From Leucoraja erinacea (Eukaryota), in NCBI RefSeq assembly GCF_028641065.1, contig NC_073409.1, positions 1,178,001 through 1,242,000 on the forward strand: a stretch of DNA of 64,000 nt, written 5' to 3'. A program made the position numbers and the translations under genes. Under the pieces are notes generated by a model. The model searched no databases and was not told the DNA's origin. It was given only the letters and a program-made list of their open reading frames with translations. Of this stretch, positions 1 through 13,537 are shown piece after piece (within the stretch, counting starts at the first letter, position 1; the number at the start of each line of letters is the position of its first letter).

Positions 1-260
1 CATCTGGGGACAAACTCGAAGCAGAGAGAAAGCTGGCAGGTTCGTGTGTGTTGGACACGCCACGAAACGGTCTTTGGCTGAATCGGAATCTCACAGGATA
101 GATTCAGGAAGAGAGCTGGAAGTGTTCTGCCAAAGATGAGACGCAGGCCAATGGCATCAGGTTTTAATTACCAAAGCTAGCCTCCAACCTCTCCAAGATG
201 TGGTCATGTGCTGGGCCGACACAGTCATTATGAGTGGACTCCTTAATCAGCGTTACAGTC

Positions 261-383
261 CGTCTGAAGAAGGGTCTCGACCCAAAACGTCACCCATTCC
301 TTCTCTCCAGAGATGCTGCCTGTCCTGCTGGGTTACTTTATCTTTGGTGTAAACCAAGCATTTGATGTATTCCTTCCTACACA
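261..383 (+). mobile_element. Penelope-derived hammerhead-bearing short element (single arm, GAAA box mutated to AAAA)
   Basis: ctgaagaagggtctcgacccaaaacgtcacccattccttctctccagagatgctgcc... Confidence 0.7.
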
Positions 384-737
384 CCTACAGACTTATATTT
401 ATTATCTCTTAGTTTAGCTTGGGAACAGAGAATATAGAAGCAAAGAACTGCAGAACTGGTTTATATTAAAGATAGACTCAAGGTACTGGAGTAATTCAGT
501 AATTTAGGCTGCACCTTATAGACTGAAACAGTGTGGAAACAGGCCCAACTTGCCCACACCGGCCAACATGTCCCACCTACACTAGTCCCACCTGCCTGCG
601 TTTGGCCCGCATCTCTCTAAACCTGTCCTATCCATGTACCTGTCTAAATGTTTCTTAAATGTTGAATGGGCAACATTCCTTGTTCTTCAGAGATGTTCCC
701 TGACCCACTGAATTACTCCAGAACAGTGTCTATATTC

Positions 738-1017
738 AGCATGGAAACAGGCCCTTCAGCCCTTCTGTGTCCACACCGACCATCGATCATCCGTTCCCTA
801 ATTCCCCGTTATCTCAATGTTGCATCCACTCCCTGCACACTCAGGGGCAATTTTACATCTGCCAATTAATCCACAAACACGCACGCCTTTGGGATGCGAG
901 AGGAAACTGGAGCACCCGGAGGAAACCCACACGGTCACAGGGAAAACGTGCAAACTCCACAAAGAAGTCAGGATTGAACCTGGGCCTCCACACTGTGAGG
1001 CAGCGGCTCTGCCAGCT
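738..1017 (-). mobile_element. HE1-type V-SINE
   Basis: Reverse complement of the V-domain gggtttcctccgggtgctccagtttcc and the gaagggcctgtttcc tail. Confidence 0.75.
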
Positions 1018-2054
1018 ACTTGCAGTATTCTTGAATCTTTCAGTTATCAAGTTATGTGGGGAGAAAGCCGGAACGGGTTACTGATTTTGGATGATCAGCC
1101 ATGATCACAGTGAATGGCAGTGCTGGCTCGAGGGGCCGAATGGCCTACTCCTGCACCTATTTTCTGATTCCACATTTGTCTGATGTATGGCCTCTCAGTC
1201 TCTATTTGGACACCCCTTCTTTTGACACTTAACCTGACAAGCCAATTGGAGATTGATGTGTAGCCCTGGAAGGGACGGGCAGGGTTGATGTGATGGACTT
1301 CAGCCATAATGGAGAGAATAATCTCCCATATTAGGTGTAGTTAACATTTACTAAAGTGCCTACAGATGCAAAATGCATGAAATCTTTTTATAACATCATG
1401 CACAACCAAGATATGTACGATGGCCCTTGTATTCACCGAGCTGTAACTGTATCAACATGCAAAACTAGGTTGCCACATACTGATAGACCACCCAGCAACT
1501 ATCAAAGAATCATATTTGTAGAGGTTTTTCATGGAGATAGTGCAAGATTTAATAAGTATTCAATTTCCAATAAAGATAATTTCCCACTTGGAGCCATGGA
1601 GGCTGAAAACAAAACTCTTTTGTTCATTGATAGAGGCCAAATAGATATGAATGCGGTTAACAGGGAACTGCAGATGCTGGAGAATCGAAGGTTACACAAA
1701 AAAGCTGGAGAAACTCAGCGGGTGCAGCAGCATCTATGGAGCAAAGGAAATAGGCAACGTTTCGGGCCGGGAAAAAAAAAATCGTCTCCGCGCATTCAAT
1801 TCTCTAGGCCCTCACCCCCTCATCTTCAAAAATAAATAAATAAATAAATAAATAAATAACATAAAAAATTCTTAAACACAGATATGAATGTGGCTTAGGT
1901 TCACCAGCTGTAGGCAGGCAGGAAGTATGGACCCATGCATGATCTTTGGTTGAAGTACAACAATTAATAATAAATATCACATTCATCAACACACAGAATA
2001 ATACTTCAGATATGCTCATTAGAGAATTAAAGATACCCTAAAAAGCTAGGCTCA

Positions 2055-2860
2055 TGGGGTAGCACAGTGGTAGAGTTGCTGTCTCACAGCGCCAGAGACA
2101 CAGGTTTAATAGGTGCTGTCTGTACGGAGTTTGCACATTCTCCCCATGACCTGCGTGGGTTTTCTCTGGGTGACAATAGACAATAGGTGCAGGAGTAGGC
2201 CATTCGGCCCTTCGAGCCAGCACTGCCATTCAATGTGATCATGGCTGATCATCCCCAATCAGTACCCCATTCCTGCCTTATTCCCATATCCCCCGACTCC
2301 GGTATTTTTAAGAGCCCTATCTAGCTCTCTCTTGAAGTATCCAAAGAACCTGCCTCCACTGCCTTCTGAGGCAGAGAATTCCACAGACTCACAACTCCCT
2401 GTGAGAAAAAGTGTTTCCTCGTCTCTGTTCTAAATGGCTTGCCCCTTATTCTTAAACTGTGGCCCCTGGTTCTGGACTCCCCCAACATTGGAACACGTTT
2501 CCTGCTTCTAGTGTGTCCAAAACCTTAATAATCTTATACGTTTCAATAAGATCCCATCTCATCCTTCTAAACTCCAGAGTGTACAAGCCCAGCCGCTCCA
2601 TTCGCTCAGCATATGACAGTCCTGCCATCCCGGGAATTAACCTTGTAAACCTACGCTGCACTCTCTCAATAACAAGAATGTCCTTCCTCAAATTAGGGGA
2701 CCAAATTTGAGGTGCTCCGGTTTCCTCCGACACTCCAAGTTTGTAGGTTAATCGGCTTGGTATTAATGTAAATTGTCCCTCGTGGGTGTAAGATAGTGTG
2801 GCGGGATCGCTGGTCAGCATGGACTCGATGGGCCGAAGGGGCTGTTTCTGCGTTGTATAT
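2055..2860 (+). mobile_element. HE1-type V-SINE interrupted by a CR1 fragment
   Basis: SINE 5' part ends ...tttctctgggtg at ~2172 and resumes ggtgctccggtttc at ~2711. Confidence 0.8.
2173..2708 (-). mobile_element. CR1-clade LINE 3' fragment (RT C-terminus and tail)
   Basis: QIWSPNLRKDILVIERVQRRFTRLIPGMAGLSYAERMERLGLYTLEFRRMR; tail gggccgaatggcctactcctgcacctattgtctattgt. Confidence 0.9.
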
Positions 2861-3139
2861 TCTAGCTAGCATATTCTAATCTACAAAGGCCTGCCCCAAG
2901 CACCAATTAAATGCAGAGTAACCTAAACTTGTTCAGTTAACAATAATTACACCTGTATTATTAGAGGTGATTATTTCACCTTAATTATATTACGCAAGGT
3001 AAAATAAGTTTATAAATCAGCCATTGTGTTGTGGTCATAGCTATGCATGACCTGGTACAATTACAATAAACATTTGTGATCGAGAGGTTGTGCTTTGGTC
3101 AATTTGGTCAACAGTCAGATGACATTGTTTATTTTTATT

Positions 3140-3450
3140 CTAGAGAAACAGCGCTGCAAACAGGCCCTTCGGCCCACCGTGTCTGCACCGACCAGCGATC
3201 CCCGCACATCGACACTACCCTACACACTAGGGACAATGTACATTAGGGCCAATTAGCCCACAAGCCTGTACGTCTTTGGAGTGTTGGAGGTAACCGAAGA
3301 TCTCGGAGAAATCCCACGCAGGTCACGGGGAGAACGGGACAATGTACATTAGGGAGAACGTACAAACTCCATACATACAGCACCCGTAGTCGGGTTCGAA
3401 CCCGGGTCTCCGGCACTGCAAGCCAGCAACTCTACTGCTGCGCAAGTGTG
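3140..3450 (-). mobile_element. HE1-type V-SINE
   Basis: tRNA-like head with box B (ggttcgaacc), V-domain and CR1-like tail. Confidence 0.85.
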
Positions 3451-3817
3451 GCTGACTAATAGGTGTGACATATATGGTGGTCGGTTTTTTTGCAATGCTT
3501 TAAGCATTTTCCACAGTGAATTCTCGGTCCATGCAGAAATTCTCTGCTGTAAATTCTTTTGGACGGTTGACTAGCTGTTGCATTTGCTCAATTAAGCCTC
3601 GACTATAAAAGCCAAGAGGCTTGCATACTCGACAACTATAAACCACTTCACCAATGCAGTCTGACACACACTAAATACAAATTGAAATGAACAATAAAAT
3701 GAATACATAGTACATACTATATTATTCCCCAATATAACTTCAACAATTCAATCATTTCAGCTTTCAATTACTGTATTTGTTTTATTGAATTCTTTCACAA
3801 ATCTCTCTATGCCCAGG

Positions 3818-4066
3818 GGTGGCACGGTGGTACAACAGTAGAGACCCGGGTTTGATCCTGATCCTGTACTGAGTTTGTACGTTCTCCCCGTGACCTGCGT
3901 GGGTTTTCTCTGAGATCTTCGGTTTCCTCCCACACTCCAAAGATGTACAGGTTTGTAGGTTCATTGGCTTGGAATAATTGTAAATTGTCCCCAGTGTGTA
4001 CAGGATAGTGTTAATGACTCGGTGGGCCGAAGGGCCTGTTTCCGCGCTGTATCTCTAAACTAAACT
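3818..4066 (+). mobile_element. HE1-type V-SINE
   Basis: ggcacggtgg...gggcctgtttccgcgctgtatctctaaactaaac. Confidence 0.85.
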
Positions 4067-4477
4067 CGAAGGTAGACACAAAATGCTGGAGTAACTCAGC
4101 GGGACAGGCAGCATCTGTGGAGAGAAGGAATGGGTGCCGTTTCGGGTCGAGACCCTTCTTTAGACTTATCCCAGTGGTTCCCCACTAATCACAACTCCCT
4201 AACCCAACATTATTCCTTCTCGCTATTAATCAGTCCTTAATCCAGGGAAATACATCTGTCCCATGTTGAGCATGTTGCCTCACAGCGCCAGAGACCCAGG
4301 TTCGATCCTGACTGCGGGTGCTATATACATAGAATTTGTACATTCTCCCTGTAACCACGTGGGTTTTCTCCAGGTGCTCCGGTTTCCTCCCACACTCCAA
4401 AAACATGCAGGTTTGTAGGTTAATTGACGTCAGTAAAGATTGTAAAGTGTAATCTGTAGGATAGCACTAGTGTAGTG

Positions 4478-4703
4478 TTTCAACATGTTGAAAATCCAGC
4501 GGCGACCAGAACAAGGTACGACTCTTTGGGCGACTACTCACGACCATACAGGCTTCACCCCGCGATATGTCGCCTGTACGGTCGTGAGTCGTCTCCTCAG
4601 TTGCCCAAAGAGTCGTAGCGTCTTTCTGTTCGCCAGCACCTACAACGCCCTATAACGGGTGCCGGCAGTCGCCGAAAAAGTCACGCAAGTGGGACGGGCC
4701 CTT
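4478..4703. mobile_element. Truncated member of the same MITE family (right TIR plus internal palindrome)
   Basis: Ends caagtgggacgggccctt-ta; internal inverted repeat tacgactctttgggcgact...agttgcccaaagagtcgta. Confidence 0.65.
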
Positions 4704-6483
4704 TACTTTGTCAAACTTCTCAAAGTTTAACTAACCACGTCAACTTCATAGCCTCCAGAAAAATCTCTGATGGATTTGTCAAACATGATTTCCCTTTCAG
4801 GTCCATGCTGTTGAGGGATAATCTTCTTACTTATTTAAAGTGCCTTGCTTCTATCTTCTTTAATAACGCATTCAAGCATTTTCAGCACTGTTGATGTCAG
4901 GCTCAGCAGGCTGTAGATTCTCACTTGTTGCTTTGTTATGGAGTTACATTTGCCGAGGTAGAGTTTCATTCAACAGCTACAGGCAGTGAAAATGTGATTA
5001 TTACATTAAGAAGAGAAAAAAAAAAATGCTAGTTTGTTCCCCCGAGTGTTTAGTGATTACTTGGAAGTAATTCAGTCGGAGCTGCTGTCAGGTCAAACAG
5101 CTGTAACAGGGCAGTGAGCTGATCTGAATGGTGTATGCGGGAAACTGTATCTGCCACAAACATTCACTGAAGCTTGGAGTGACGGGGCCATCCATCAAGT
5201 TAAAGCTCACAGCTTCAAAAGAAAAATCTCACGTTTAAAGTAAAAAGATGAAAAATGTTCCACAAAACCTCACATAACTTTGGAGTTACCTGTAAATCTC
5301 TTGAAAAGTGTCAAACGTTTTCAAAATACATTTGATTTTAAAAAAAATTGGCAGTGGTGAAAAGAGAAGTAAAAAGATATTTATTCCCCTTTCAGAGTTG
5401 ACGTATTGCCCTTGCTAGTTTCCTCTCTCACCTGGCCAGCACCCTGGCTGTTTACAGTGGTCGTCAACAAGGTTTGTACCTTGCCAAAGTCACTTGTTGT
5501 GCAAAGCAAAATCGCCACCTTGATTAGAAAAAGGCCTTTGAGACATCACAGGGGGAAGATACAAATATCAATGAGGAGATGGATTTGCAGTTCATTGTCA
5601 GATCAAAGTACGAATGTTTAAATTAAAGACTCACAGATCCATCACCGATTTCCCGGTAATTATACCAAGCCAATTAACCTACAAACTGTGGGAGGAAACC
5701 GGAAATCCCAGTGAAAACCCACGCAGGTCATGTGGATAAACGTACAAACTCCATACAGACGGCACCCGTAGACAGGATTGAACCAGGTTCTCTGGCCTTG
5801 TAAGGCAGTAACTCTACTGCTGCACCACCGTGCCACCCCTTTCCTAAGGTTGTAAGTGAAAGGAGCAAAATTAGGTCATTCGGCCCATCAAGTCTACTCT
5901 GCCATTCAATCATGGCTGATCTATCTCTCCCTCCTAAGCCTATTCTCCTGCCCATTCTCCCCATAATCTTTGACACCCGTACGAATCAATAATCTACCTA
6001 TCTATACCGTAGAAATATCCATTGACTTGGCCTCCAATGAGTCAGATAAAATAAGACAACTGCCCGCAGTCTCGTCAAACCACCATTGCTAACCTTTCCT
6101 AGCAGTTCCCAGTTTCATGACAAGAATCAGCAAGCTAAGGGGAGAAGGCTCCACTCTTCTCATTCACACCGTTATTAAGCTTCAGGCTCCAATACTAAAT
6201 GATCATGGCTGCACAGCGGAGAACACATCCAACAGCCTCCCAGCTACCAGGTGTTGCCTGAACCAATGCTGTAACTGGCCCAGTGGCTAAACTCCAGTCA
6301 CTTCAGTCATGTGGAGGCACATGTCCAAAACTGATGAAAACATTTAAAAACAGATGTCAGGCCCCATTAAAACTCGACACCAACAACCAACTTCACCACA
6401 TGCTTGTATTTTAGTATTTGGTTTAATATCACGTGTGCCGAGGCTTTTGTTGCGTGCCATCCAGTCAGGGAAAGACATAGGTA

Positions 6484-6780
6484 GCACGGAGGCGCAGCGG
6501 GTAGAGCTGCTGCCTTACAGCGCCAGAGACCTGGGTTCAATCCCGACTTCGAATGCTGTCTGTACGGAGTTTGCACGTTCTCCACGTGGGTTTTCTCCGG
6601 GATCTCCAGTTTCCTCTCACACTCCAAAGACGTACAGGTTTGTAGGCTAATTGACTTGGTGTGAATGAATGTAAATTGTCCCTAGTGTGTGTAGGACCGA
6701 GTTAGCGTACGGGGTGATCGCTGGTCGGCACGGACTTGGTGGGCCAAAGGGCCTGTTTCCGTGCTGTATCTCTAAATTAA
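6484..6780 (+). mobile_element. HE1-type V-SINE, near full length
   Basis: Box A-like ggcgcagcgg, box B ggttcaatcc, V-domain and tail. Confidence 0.85.
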
Positions 6781-7186
6781 GCACGATTACAATCAAGCTG
6801 TCCACAGTGTATCTCTAAATTAAGCATGATTATAATCAAGCCGTCCACAGTGAAATAATGTGGATAACATTTAGTGCAAGGTAAAGACCAGTAAAGTCCG
6901 ATAGAAGGTAGTCTCCAATGAGGTAGATGGTAGCTCAGGACTGCTCGCTAGTTGTCAGGATGGTTCAGTTGCCTGATAACAGTGGAGTGAACACAATTGG
7001 TTTTCAATCACTGCTCAAAAAGTAACTCTTCCCCTTTTCTCTAATATGATCCCCTTTTGGGGGGCACGCACGACGATTACTTCCTGAACTGATTATTATT
7101 TCCACCAGATAAAGTCATTTTATTACTCCTGCAATTGAAAACACATTTGTTCAAAATAATGCCAGAACCAGAGGCTATAGATTCAA

Positions 7187-7205
7187 GGGGGGGGGGGGGG
7201 GGGGG

Positions 7206-7238
<33 letters not shown>
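7187..7238. repeat. Poly-G run at the start of a CR1 3' fragment (7225-7615)
   Basis: About 50 G with a single A. Confidence 0.85.
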
Positions 7239-7239
<1 letters not shown>

Positions 7240-8199
7240 ATGTAAACAGGAACCCGAGGGACAATTGTTTTTGCACAAAGTTGGTGGGTTGATGCTGGAG
7301 AAGGGGCATTTGGACAGGTACATGGATTGGATAGGTTTAGGGGGATGTGGGCCAAACGCGGGCAGGTGGACTGGGCATGTTGGCTGGCATGTGGGGAATA
7401 GAAAGGCTGAATGCACAATCTTTTACCCAAGGTAGGGAAATCATGAACCAGATGACATAGGTTTAAGGTGAGATGGGCAAGATTTAATAGGAACCTAAGG
7501 GGCAACTTTTTCCATTCATATATGGAACAAGCTGTGGAAATATAGAACCAGCTTAGATGGGCCATCTTGGTCAGCATAAACTAGATGGGCTGAAGGGCCT
7601 GTACTGTGCTATATGGCACTAATTCACTGGCAAACACCTTTGAAGCCAATGCCGTACTAATTATTTTGTGACAAGCCAACTACAACAATTTTGTAGGACA
7701 TGATTATTCTACATTAAAACAGTTATGTAACGAAAAGCCAAGAAATGTCCACGCTTCTTATGAATATTGGAACAAAATACTATTCAGGAAAAGTCATCAG
7801 CTCCAACGAGCAGCTGTGTAATCTCTGGCAAAGCCAGAAACGTCCACAAAAACCAATGAGGTGTCGCTGGTGTTGAGAGTGGAGAGTGAAACTAGAGAAC
7901 TTGGCATCAAACTCGGCTTGGCCAAGAACTACCAGGATACCACTCTGACCAATGTGTTTATCTCAACAGGAGCTTCACCCATGTTTTAAAATGTTGCTTT
8001 CACTTTCCACATTAACACAATCACAACTTTCCACTGCAGCGTTTAAGTTCACATTTATTTGTCACATGCCCCAATTAAGGTGTGGTGAAATGATTTTACC
8101 ATGCAGTCATCATGACAGTAAAAAGCAACAAAACACTTGTGAATCATGCAGACAACAAAACCTCTCAATCACAACACACTCCCAGTCACCTACTTTACC

Positions 8200-8497
8200 T
8201 TAGTTTAGAGATACAGCGCAGAAACAGGCCCTTCAGCCCACCGAGTCGGCGCCAACCAGCTATCCCCGCTCACCAACACTACCCTACACACACTAGGATG
8301 TTACACTTACACCAAGCCAATTAACCTACAAACCAGTACGTCTCTGCAGTGTGGAAGGAAACCGAAGAAAACCCATGTAGGTCACGGGGAGAACGTACAA
8401 ACTCCGTACAGACAGCACCCGTAGTTGGCATCGAACCCGAGCCTCAGGCACGGAAAGCTCTGTAAGGCAGCGACTCTACCGCTGCGCCACCGTGCTC
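8200..8497 (-). mobile_element. HE1-type V-SINE, near full length
   Basis: Reverse complement of gcacggtggcgcagcggtagag...tgtatctctaaactaa. Confidence 0.85.
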
Positions 8498-8754
8498 CCC
8501 TCGTTCTTCACTATTTCTGCACTTTTCCTATTATTCCAACTTCTTTTAGAACTTTCTTCATTCTTTTGTTATAATGTTTTTACCAGGTTTCTGGTTTGAG
8601 ATACAAAGCAGGAGTATGTTGTGGAGCTGGAGATGACTGCTGCGTGGATCAGCTGGGCAAACATTTCATCTTCTCGTTCAACAATTGCAAAGTCCGTGGA
8701 CCATTTAAACTCTTAGACGGTTGTACATCATTAGCAGAGCCCCTGTCTCTTTAC

Positions 8755-9030
8755 TTTAGACTTTAGCGCGGAAACAGGCCATTCGTCCCACCGAGTCCTG
8801 GCCAACATATAATCACTCCCATGCACTAGTTCTACCCTACACACTAGGAACCATTTAATCAAAGCCAATTAACCCTTAAAACCAAATGTCTTGTGTGGGG
8901 GAGGAAACTGGAACACTCGGAGAAACCCACGCGATCACAGGCAGAACGTACACATACTGTACAGACAGCACCTGTAGTCAGGAACAAACTGGGTCTCTGG
9001 ACTGTAAGGCAGCAACTCTACCGCTGAATC
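8755..9030 (-). mobile_element. HE1-type V-SINE
   Basis: Same consensus, more diverged. Confidence 0.75.
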
Positions 9031-9428
9031 ACTAGAACTCTAAACTCTACAGATAATTAGCTAGGTACAGGGAAAAGCTTTTTTGTTGCTTGCCATCCAG
9101 TCAGTGAAATGACTATACATGATTACAATCTAACCGTCCACAGTTTACAGATACAGGACACAGGGAATAACGTTTAGTGCAAGGATAAAGTCCAGTAAAA
9201 TACAATTAAAGATATATTAAAGGTCTCCAATGAGATAGGTGGGAGGTCTGGACCGCTCTCTAGTTGGTGAGAGGACGGTTCAGTTACCCAACAAGTACAG
9301 GGAAGAAACTGACCCTGAATACAGCATTGTGTATATTTTCACACTTCTGTAAGGTTTATATTCTGCTCCATATATTTATATAACTGTCCAGACAGAGCAC
9401 GTATAATACAAAAGACAATGACCAATTT

Positions 9429-9622
9429 GAAGGTAGACAAAACGCTGGAGAAACTCAACAGGTGAGGCAGCATCTATGGAGCGAAGGAATAGGTAACGTT
9501 TCGGATCGAGACCCTTTTTCAGACTGATGATTTGAAGAAGTGTCTCGACCCGAAATGTCGCCCATTCCTTCTCTCCAGAGATGTTGCCTGACCGGCTGAG
9601 TTACTCCAGCAGTTTGAGTCTA
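9429..9622. mobile_element. Fold-back Penelope-derived element
   Basis: Minus arm ending ...gagaccctttttcagact, followed by plus arm tgaagaagtgtctcgacccgaaatgtcgccc...ttactccagc. Confidence 0.7.
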
Positions 9623-9724
9623 GCCTGAAGAACAACACAGAGATGGGTAGCAACATATCCAAAAGAGCTTCCCTTGTGTTGATTCCAGCAATGTGCTGCT
9701 GTTTTACAATGCCGAGTGGAATAG

Positions 9725-10183
9725 ACCAAGAAACTGCAGCAAATTGTGGACGCAGCCCTGACCACACTAACCAACCTCCCTTCTATTGACTCCATCTACA
9801 CTTCACGCTGCCTCGGCAAGGCCAGCGACATCATCAAGGATCTTCTCTCCTCTCTCATCAGGCAAGAGGTACATAAGTGTGAAAACGCACACCTCCAGAT
9901 TCAGGGACAGTTTCTTCCCAGCTGTTATCAGGCAACCGAATCATCCTACCACAACCAGAGAGCAGCGCTGAGCTACTATCTACCTCTTTGATGATCCTTG
10001 GACTATCCGTGATCGGACTTTGCTGGCTTTACCTTGCACTAAACATTATTCCCTTATCATGAATCTATAGACTGTAAATGGCTCGATTGTAATCATGTGT
10101 TGTCTTTCCGCTGACTGGTTAGCGTGCAACAAAAGCTTTTCACTGTACCTCGGTACACGTGACAATAAACTAAACTAAACTGA
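9725..10183 (+). mobile_element. Rex1/Babar-type LINE 3' fragment
   Basis: LPSIDSIYTSRCLGKASDIIKD...SGKRYISVKTHTSRFRDSFFPAVIRQ plus a (aaact)n tail. Confidence 0.8.
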
Positions 10184-10949
10184 ACACCCTCAGAACAAGA
10201 TTGAAATAAGGAATTAGCGTAGCTATCAAATCCCTGCAGAGAAACAATGAGAAACAAAAATCAGGAAAGAATGCAATAAAAACCGAGGAGGAATTCATAA
10301 TAAAATGGTAAAATAGTCTTAATAAACAAAAATTAAAACATTGGAATAACAAATTGCTTTCTGAGCTATAACATACAAGGTAACTTAACTCCCGATCCCA
10401 CTCAGTTTAATTATGATGGAAGTGGGTTATGCAAAGGGACATTATTGCAAAGGGAGTAAAAACATCACTCACATATCCTTGTGTGACTGCCAAAGGCTTT
10501 GTGTACATTTCACAATTAAATCCTGTTACTGAATCAATGCCCTCAATTAATAATGGCCATACAGTTTGGTTATGTTACAATCAGATTAGTAACTGATACT
10601 TCATAGTAACTCAAACCTTTTGACAAATGAGTCAAAGTTAACTAATTAAACTCCTGGAGTTTCATGTGACTGGTTTGGGAAATATATGTAACTGTGCCAG
10701 ATGAACAATGACCAGAGACGTCCATCTGAGAACTGCATCAGTTTTAGTTTAGATATGAGGCTTGGAAACAGACCCTTCAGTCCACCGAGTTCACACCGAC
10801 CATCGATCACCCATTCACAGGAGTTTTATATTATCCCACTTCCAACCTCCCTACACGAATTACAGAAGACCAATTAACCGACAAACCTTATTCAACATCG
10901 AGAAATTATCATCCTAAAATGTATTTATTCTTCCATATATGTTTCGGTT

Positions 10950-11380
10950 CAGCTGGGTGGTGAAAACCGCGCAATACATCATCGGTGCCCCGCTCCCTGC
11001 CATGGATGCCCTCCACCGAAAACGGTGTCTGAGACGGGCCGGGAAGATCATCAAAGACCCCTCCCACCCCAACCATGGACTGTTTGCCCTCCTCCCATCA
11101 GGGAGGCGGTACAGGAGCCTCAGGTCACGTACTAGTAGGATGAGGAACAGATTCTACAACAATACAATCACATTGCTGAACTCGGAGTCCCGACGATAGA
11201 TTTCTCCGGTCCCTCCGTCCCCATTGTTTAATTATTCTGTATTTTTTGATTATTCTGTATCTTCTCTCTTTGTATTTTTTTAATTTCTTTATGCACAACT
11301 ACTACGGACTGACGCAAAACTGCATTTTGTTGTACTCATACTTGTATTTGTGCAATGACATTAAAGTTGAATTGAATTGA
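10950..11380 (+). mobile_element. Rex1/Babar-type LINE 3' fragment (young, CpG-rich)
   Basis: VVKTAQYIIGAPLP...IIKDPSHPNHGLFALLPSGRRYRSLRSRTSRMRNRFY plus a (attga)n tail. Confidence 0.85.
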
Positions 11381-11542
11381 GATTTGAGTTTTCTGCTTAA
11401 TCCACTCACATTTAATTGTAAATAAACAGGCAAATCTCACAAAAACCTGCATTGATATCATTAACTCTGCCGATGGGTGTCTTCGATGCTTTGCCTTCAG
11501 GCTAACATAATGAACTACAATCAATAACATCAAAAACAACTG

Positions 11543-11800
11543 GGTGGCACGGTGGTGCAGCGGTAGAGTTGCTGCCTCATAGCGCCAGAGACCCGGGTTC
11601 GATCCTGACTACGGGTGCTGTCTGTACGGAGTTTGTATGTTCTCCCTGTGACCGCTTTCCCCATGGGTTTTCTCCAGGTGCTCCGGTTTCATCCCACACT
11701 CCAAAGATGTGCAGGTTTGTAGGTTGATTTGGCTTCAGTAAAAATTGTAAATTGTCCCCAGTGCGTGGGATAATGCTCGTGTACGGGGTGATCGCTGGTC
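11543..11800 (+). mobile_element. HE1-type V-SINE with intact Pol III boxes
   Basis: tggtgcagcgg (box A), ggttcgatcc (box B) and V-domain. Confidence 0.85.
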
Positions 11801-12542
11801 CATGCAGCCCCAGTGGTACAGTGGTAGAGTTGCTACTGACTATGGGTGCTGTCTGTATGGAGTTCCACTCATCACTTTATTTTCATGTTTCATGTATTTT
11901 GTGTTTCTATGACAGATCACTTTCCCTCCTGGGACAAATAAAGTTCTATCATATCGTATTGTTTCATCTTGTCAGATTGCAGATATGGCAGTGGTGTTTT
12001 AGAGGCTTTCAGATAGGCACACGGAGGTGTAAGGAATGGAGATATCGATCACATGCAAACAGAGGACATTAGTTCAACTTGGCATCAAGTTCAGCACAGA
12101 CATTGTGGGCTGAAGGGCCTGTTCCTATTCTATACTATTTGTATAAACTCTGATTCTTTCCTCTGCTTTGTTTCAGACAGGTCCACCCAACACACCTGAC
12201 ATTCAGAGAGAGGACCTAATCTAGGGTAAAAAGTTAATGGCTTAAAATAAGTTAATGTTCAAAGACAGCATCAGCTATAAATTTATTTCTCCGATTTCCA
12301 CAATGGGATCTGAAGCCACAAAAGATACATGCTGTTAAATAAATTAGCTACAGATGTGGTCTGTTCTCTTCTGAGGCCAGAGCACCGCAAAACCACAACA
12401 AAGTTGAGGATGAAAACAGCCAGCATAATGTAGAAACCTCGAGCAATATCTAATACGTAGACACACTTCAGAATACCCACACGTTATTTCAAGTTACTGC
12501 CAACTAATTTAAAGTGACCACTAATAAGCAAACAGGTCTTGT

Positions 12543-12786
12543 CGGCACGGTGGCAGAGCTACTGCCTTACAGCACCAGAGACAAGGGTTCAATCCTGACT
12601 ACGGCTGCTGTCTGTACGCAGTTTGTACCTTCTCCCTGCGTGGGTTTTCCACAAGATCTTTGGTTTCCTGCAAAGACGTGCAGGTTTGTAGGTTAATTGG
12701 CTTGGTATAAATGTAAATTGTCCCTAGTGTGTGTAGGATAGTGTTAGTGTGCGGGGATCGCTGGTTGGTGCGGACTAGGTGGGCCA
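12543..12786 (+). mobile_element. HE1-type V-SINE
   Basis: Consensus match. Confidence 0.8.
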
Positions 12787-13327
12787 ACTGCCCAAGAGTA
12801 CTGGACATGACTAGAATACAACTCATCAACAGCTTCTGTTTGATGCAGTAGCTTGTGACACAGTCAGTACATCTGGTCCAAGACCAAACAAATAAATCTG
12901 TGTCTTTCCACAGAGAAAAGAATACTTCTGCCTTGTAATATTCTTCCAGTGAAATTGTCACGGTGCATTGATATTTAAATGTTCTATTTTATATACGAGG
13001 TCTATAGTTGCTTAAATTGAGACATAAAAACCTTGAATGATAAAAATGATAGATAAAAGTGATCAACGCAAAAGTGTCAAGTTGGTTTAGTTGTCGCATG
13101 TACTATCAACTTCATTGGTGACCCTCAGACTATCCTTGATCGGACTTTGCTGGCTTTACCTTGCACTAAACATTATTCCCTTATCATGTGTCTATACACT
13201 GCTAGCGGCTCGATTGTAATCATGTATTGTCTTTCTGCTGACTAGTTAGCACGCAACAAAACCTGTTCACTGTACTCCAGTACACATGACAATAAACCAA
13301 GTATGAAACAGAACAATGAATTTCTTA

Positions 13328-13537
13328 GTGTTCAAGAAGGAACTGCAGATGCTGGAAGATCGAAGGTACACAAAATTGCTGGAGAAACTCAGCGGGTGCA
13401 GCAGCATCTATGGAGCGAAGAAAATAGGCGACGTTTCGGGCCGAAACCAAGGGTTTCGGCCCGTAACGTTGCCTATTTTCTTCGCTCCATAGATGCTGCT
13501 GCACCCGCTGAGTTTCTCCAGCAATTTTGTGTACCTT
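13328..13537. mobile_element. Young fold-back (inverted dimer) copy of the Penelope-derived element with a 14-bp flanking direct repeat
   Basis: Arms of about 85 bp are near-perfect inverses meeting at ccgaaacc-aa-gggtttcgg; caatgaatttctta occurs at 13314-13327 and 13538-13551. Confidence 0.85.

Noticed and set aside
1356-1835. 159-aa ORF (also 15182-15784, 200 aa, and 18973-19461, 162 aa)
   Set aside because: Chance read-through across unique sequence and repeat fragments, antisense to the host gene, with no recognisable domain.
11543-11615. tRNA gene (box A and box B present)
   Set aside because: It is the tRNA-derived head of an HE1 SINE and continues directly into the V-domain.
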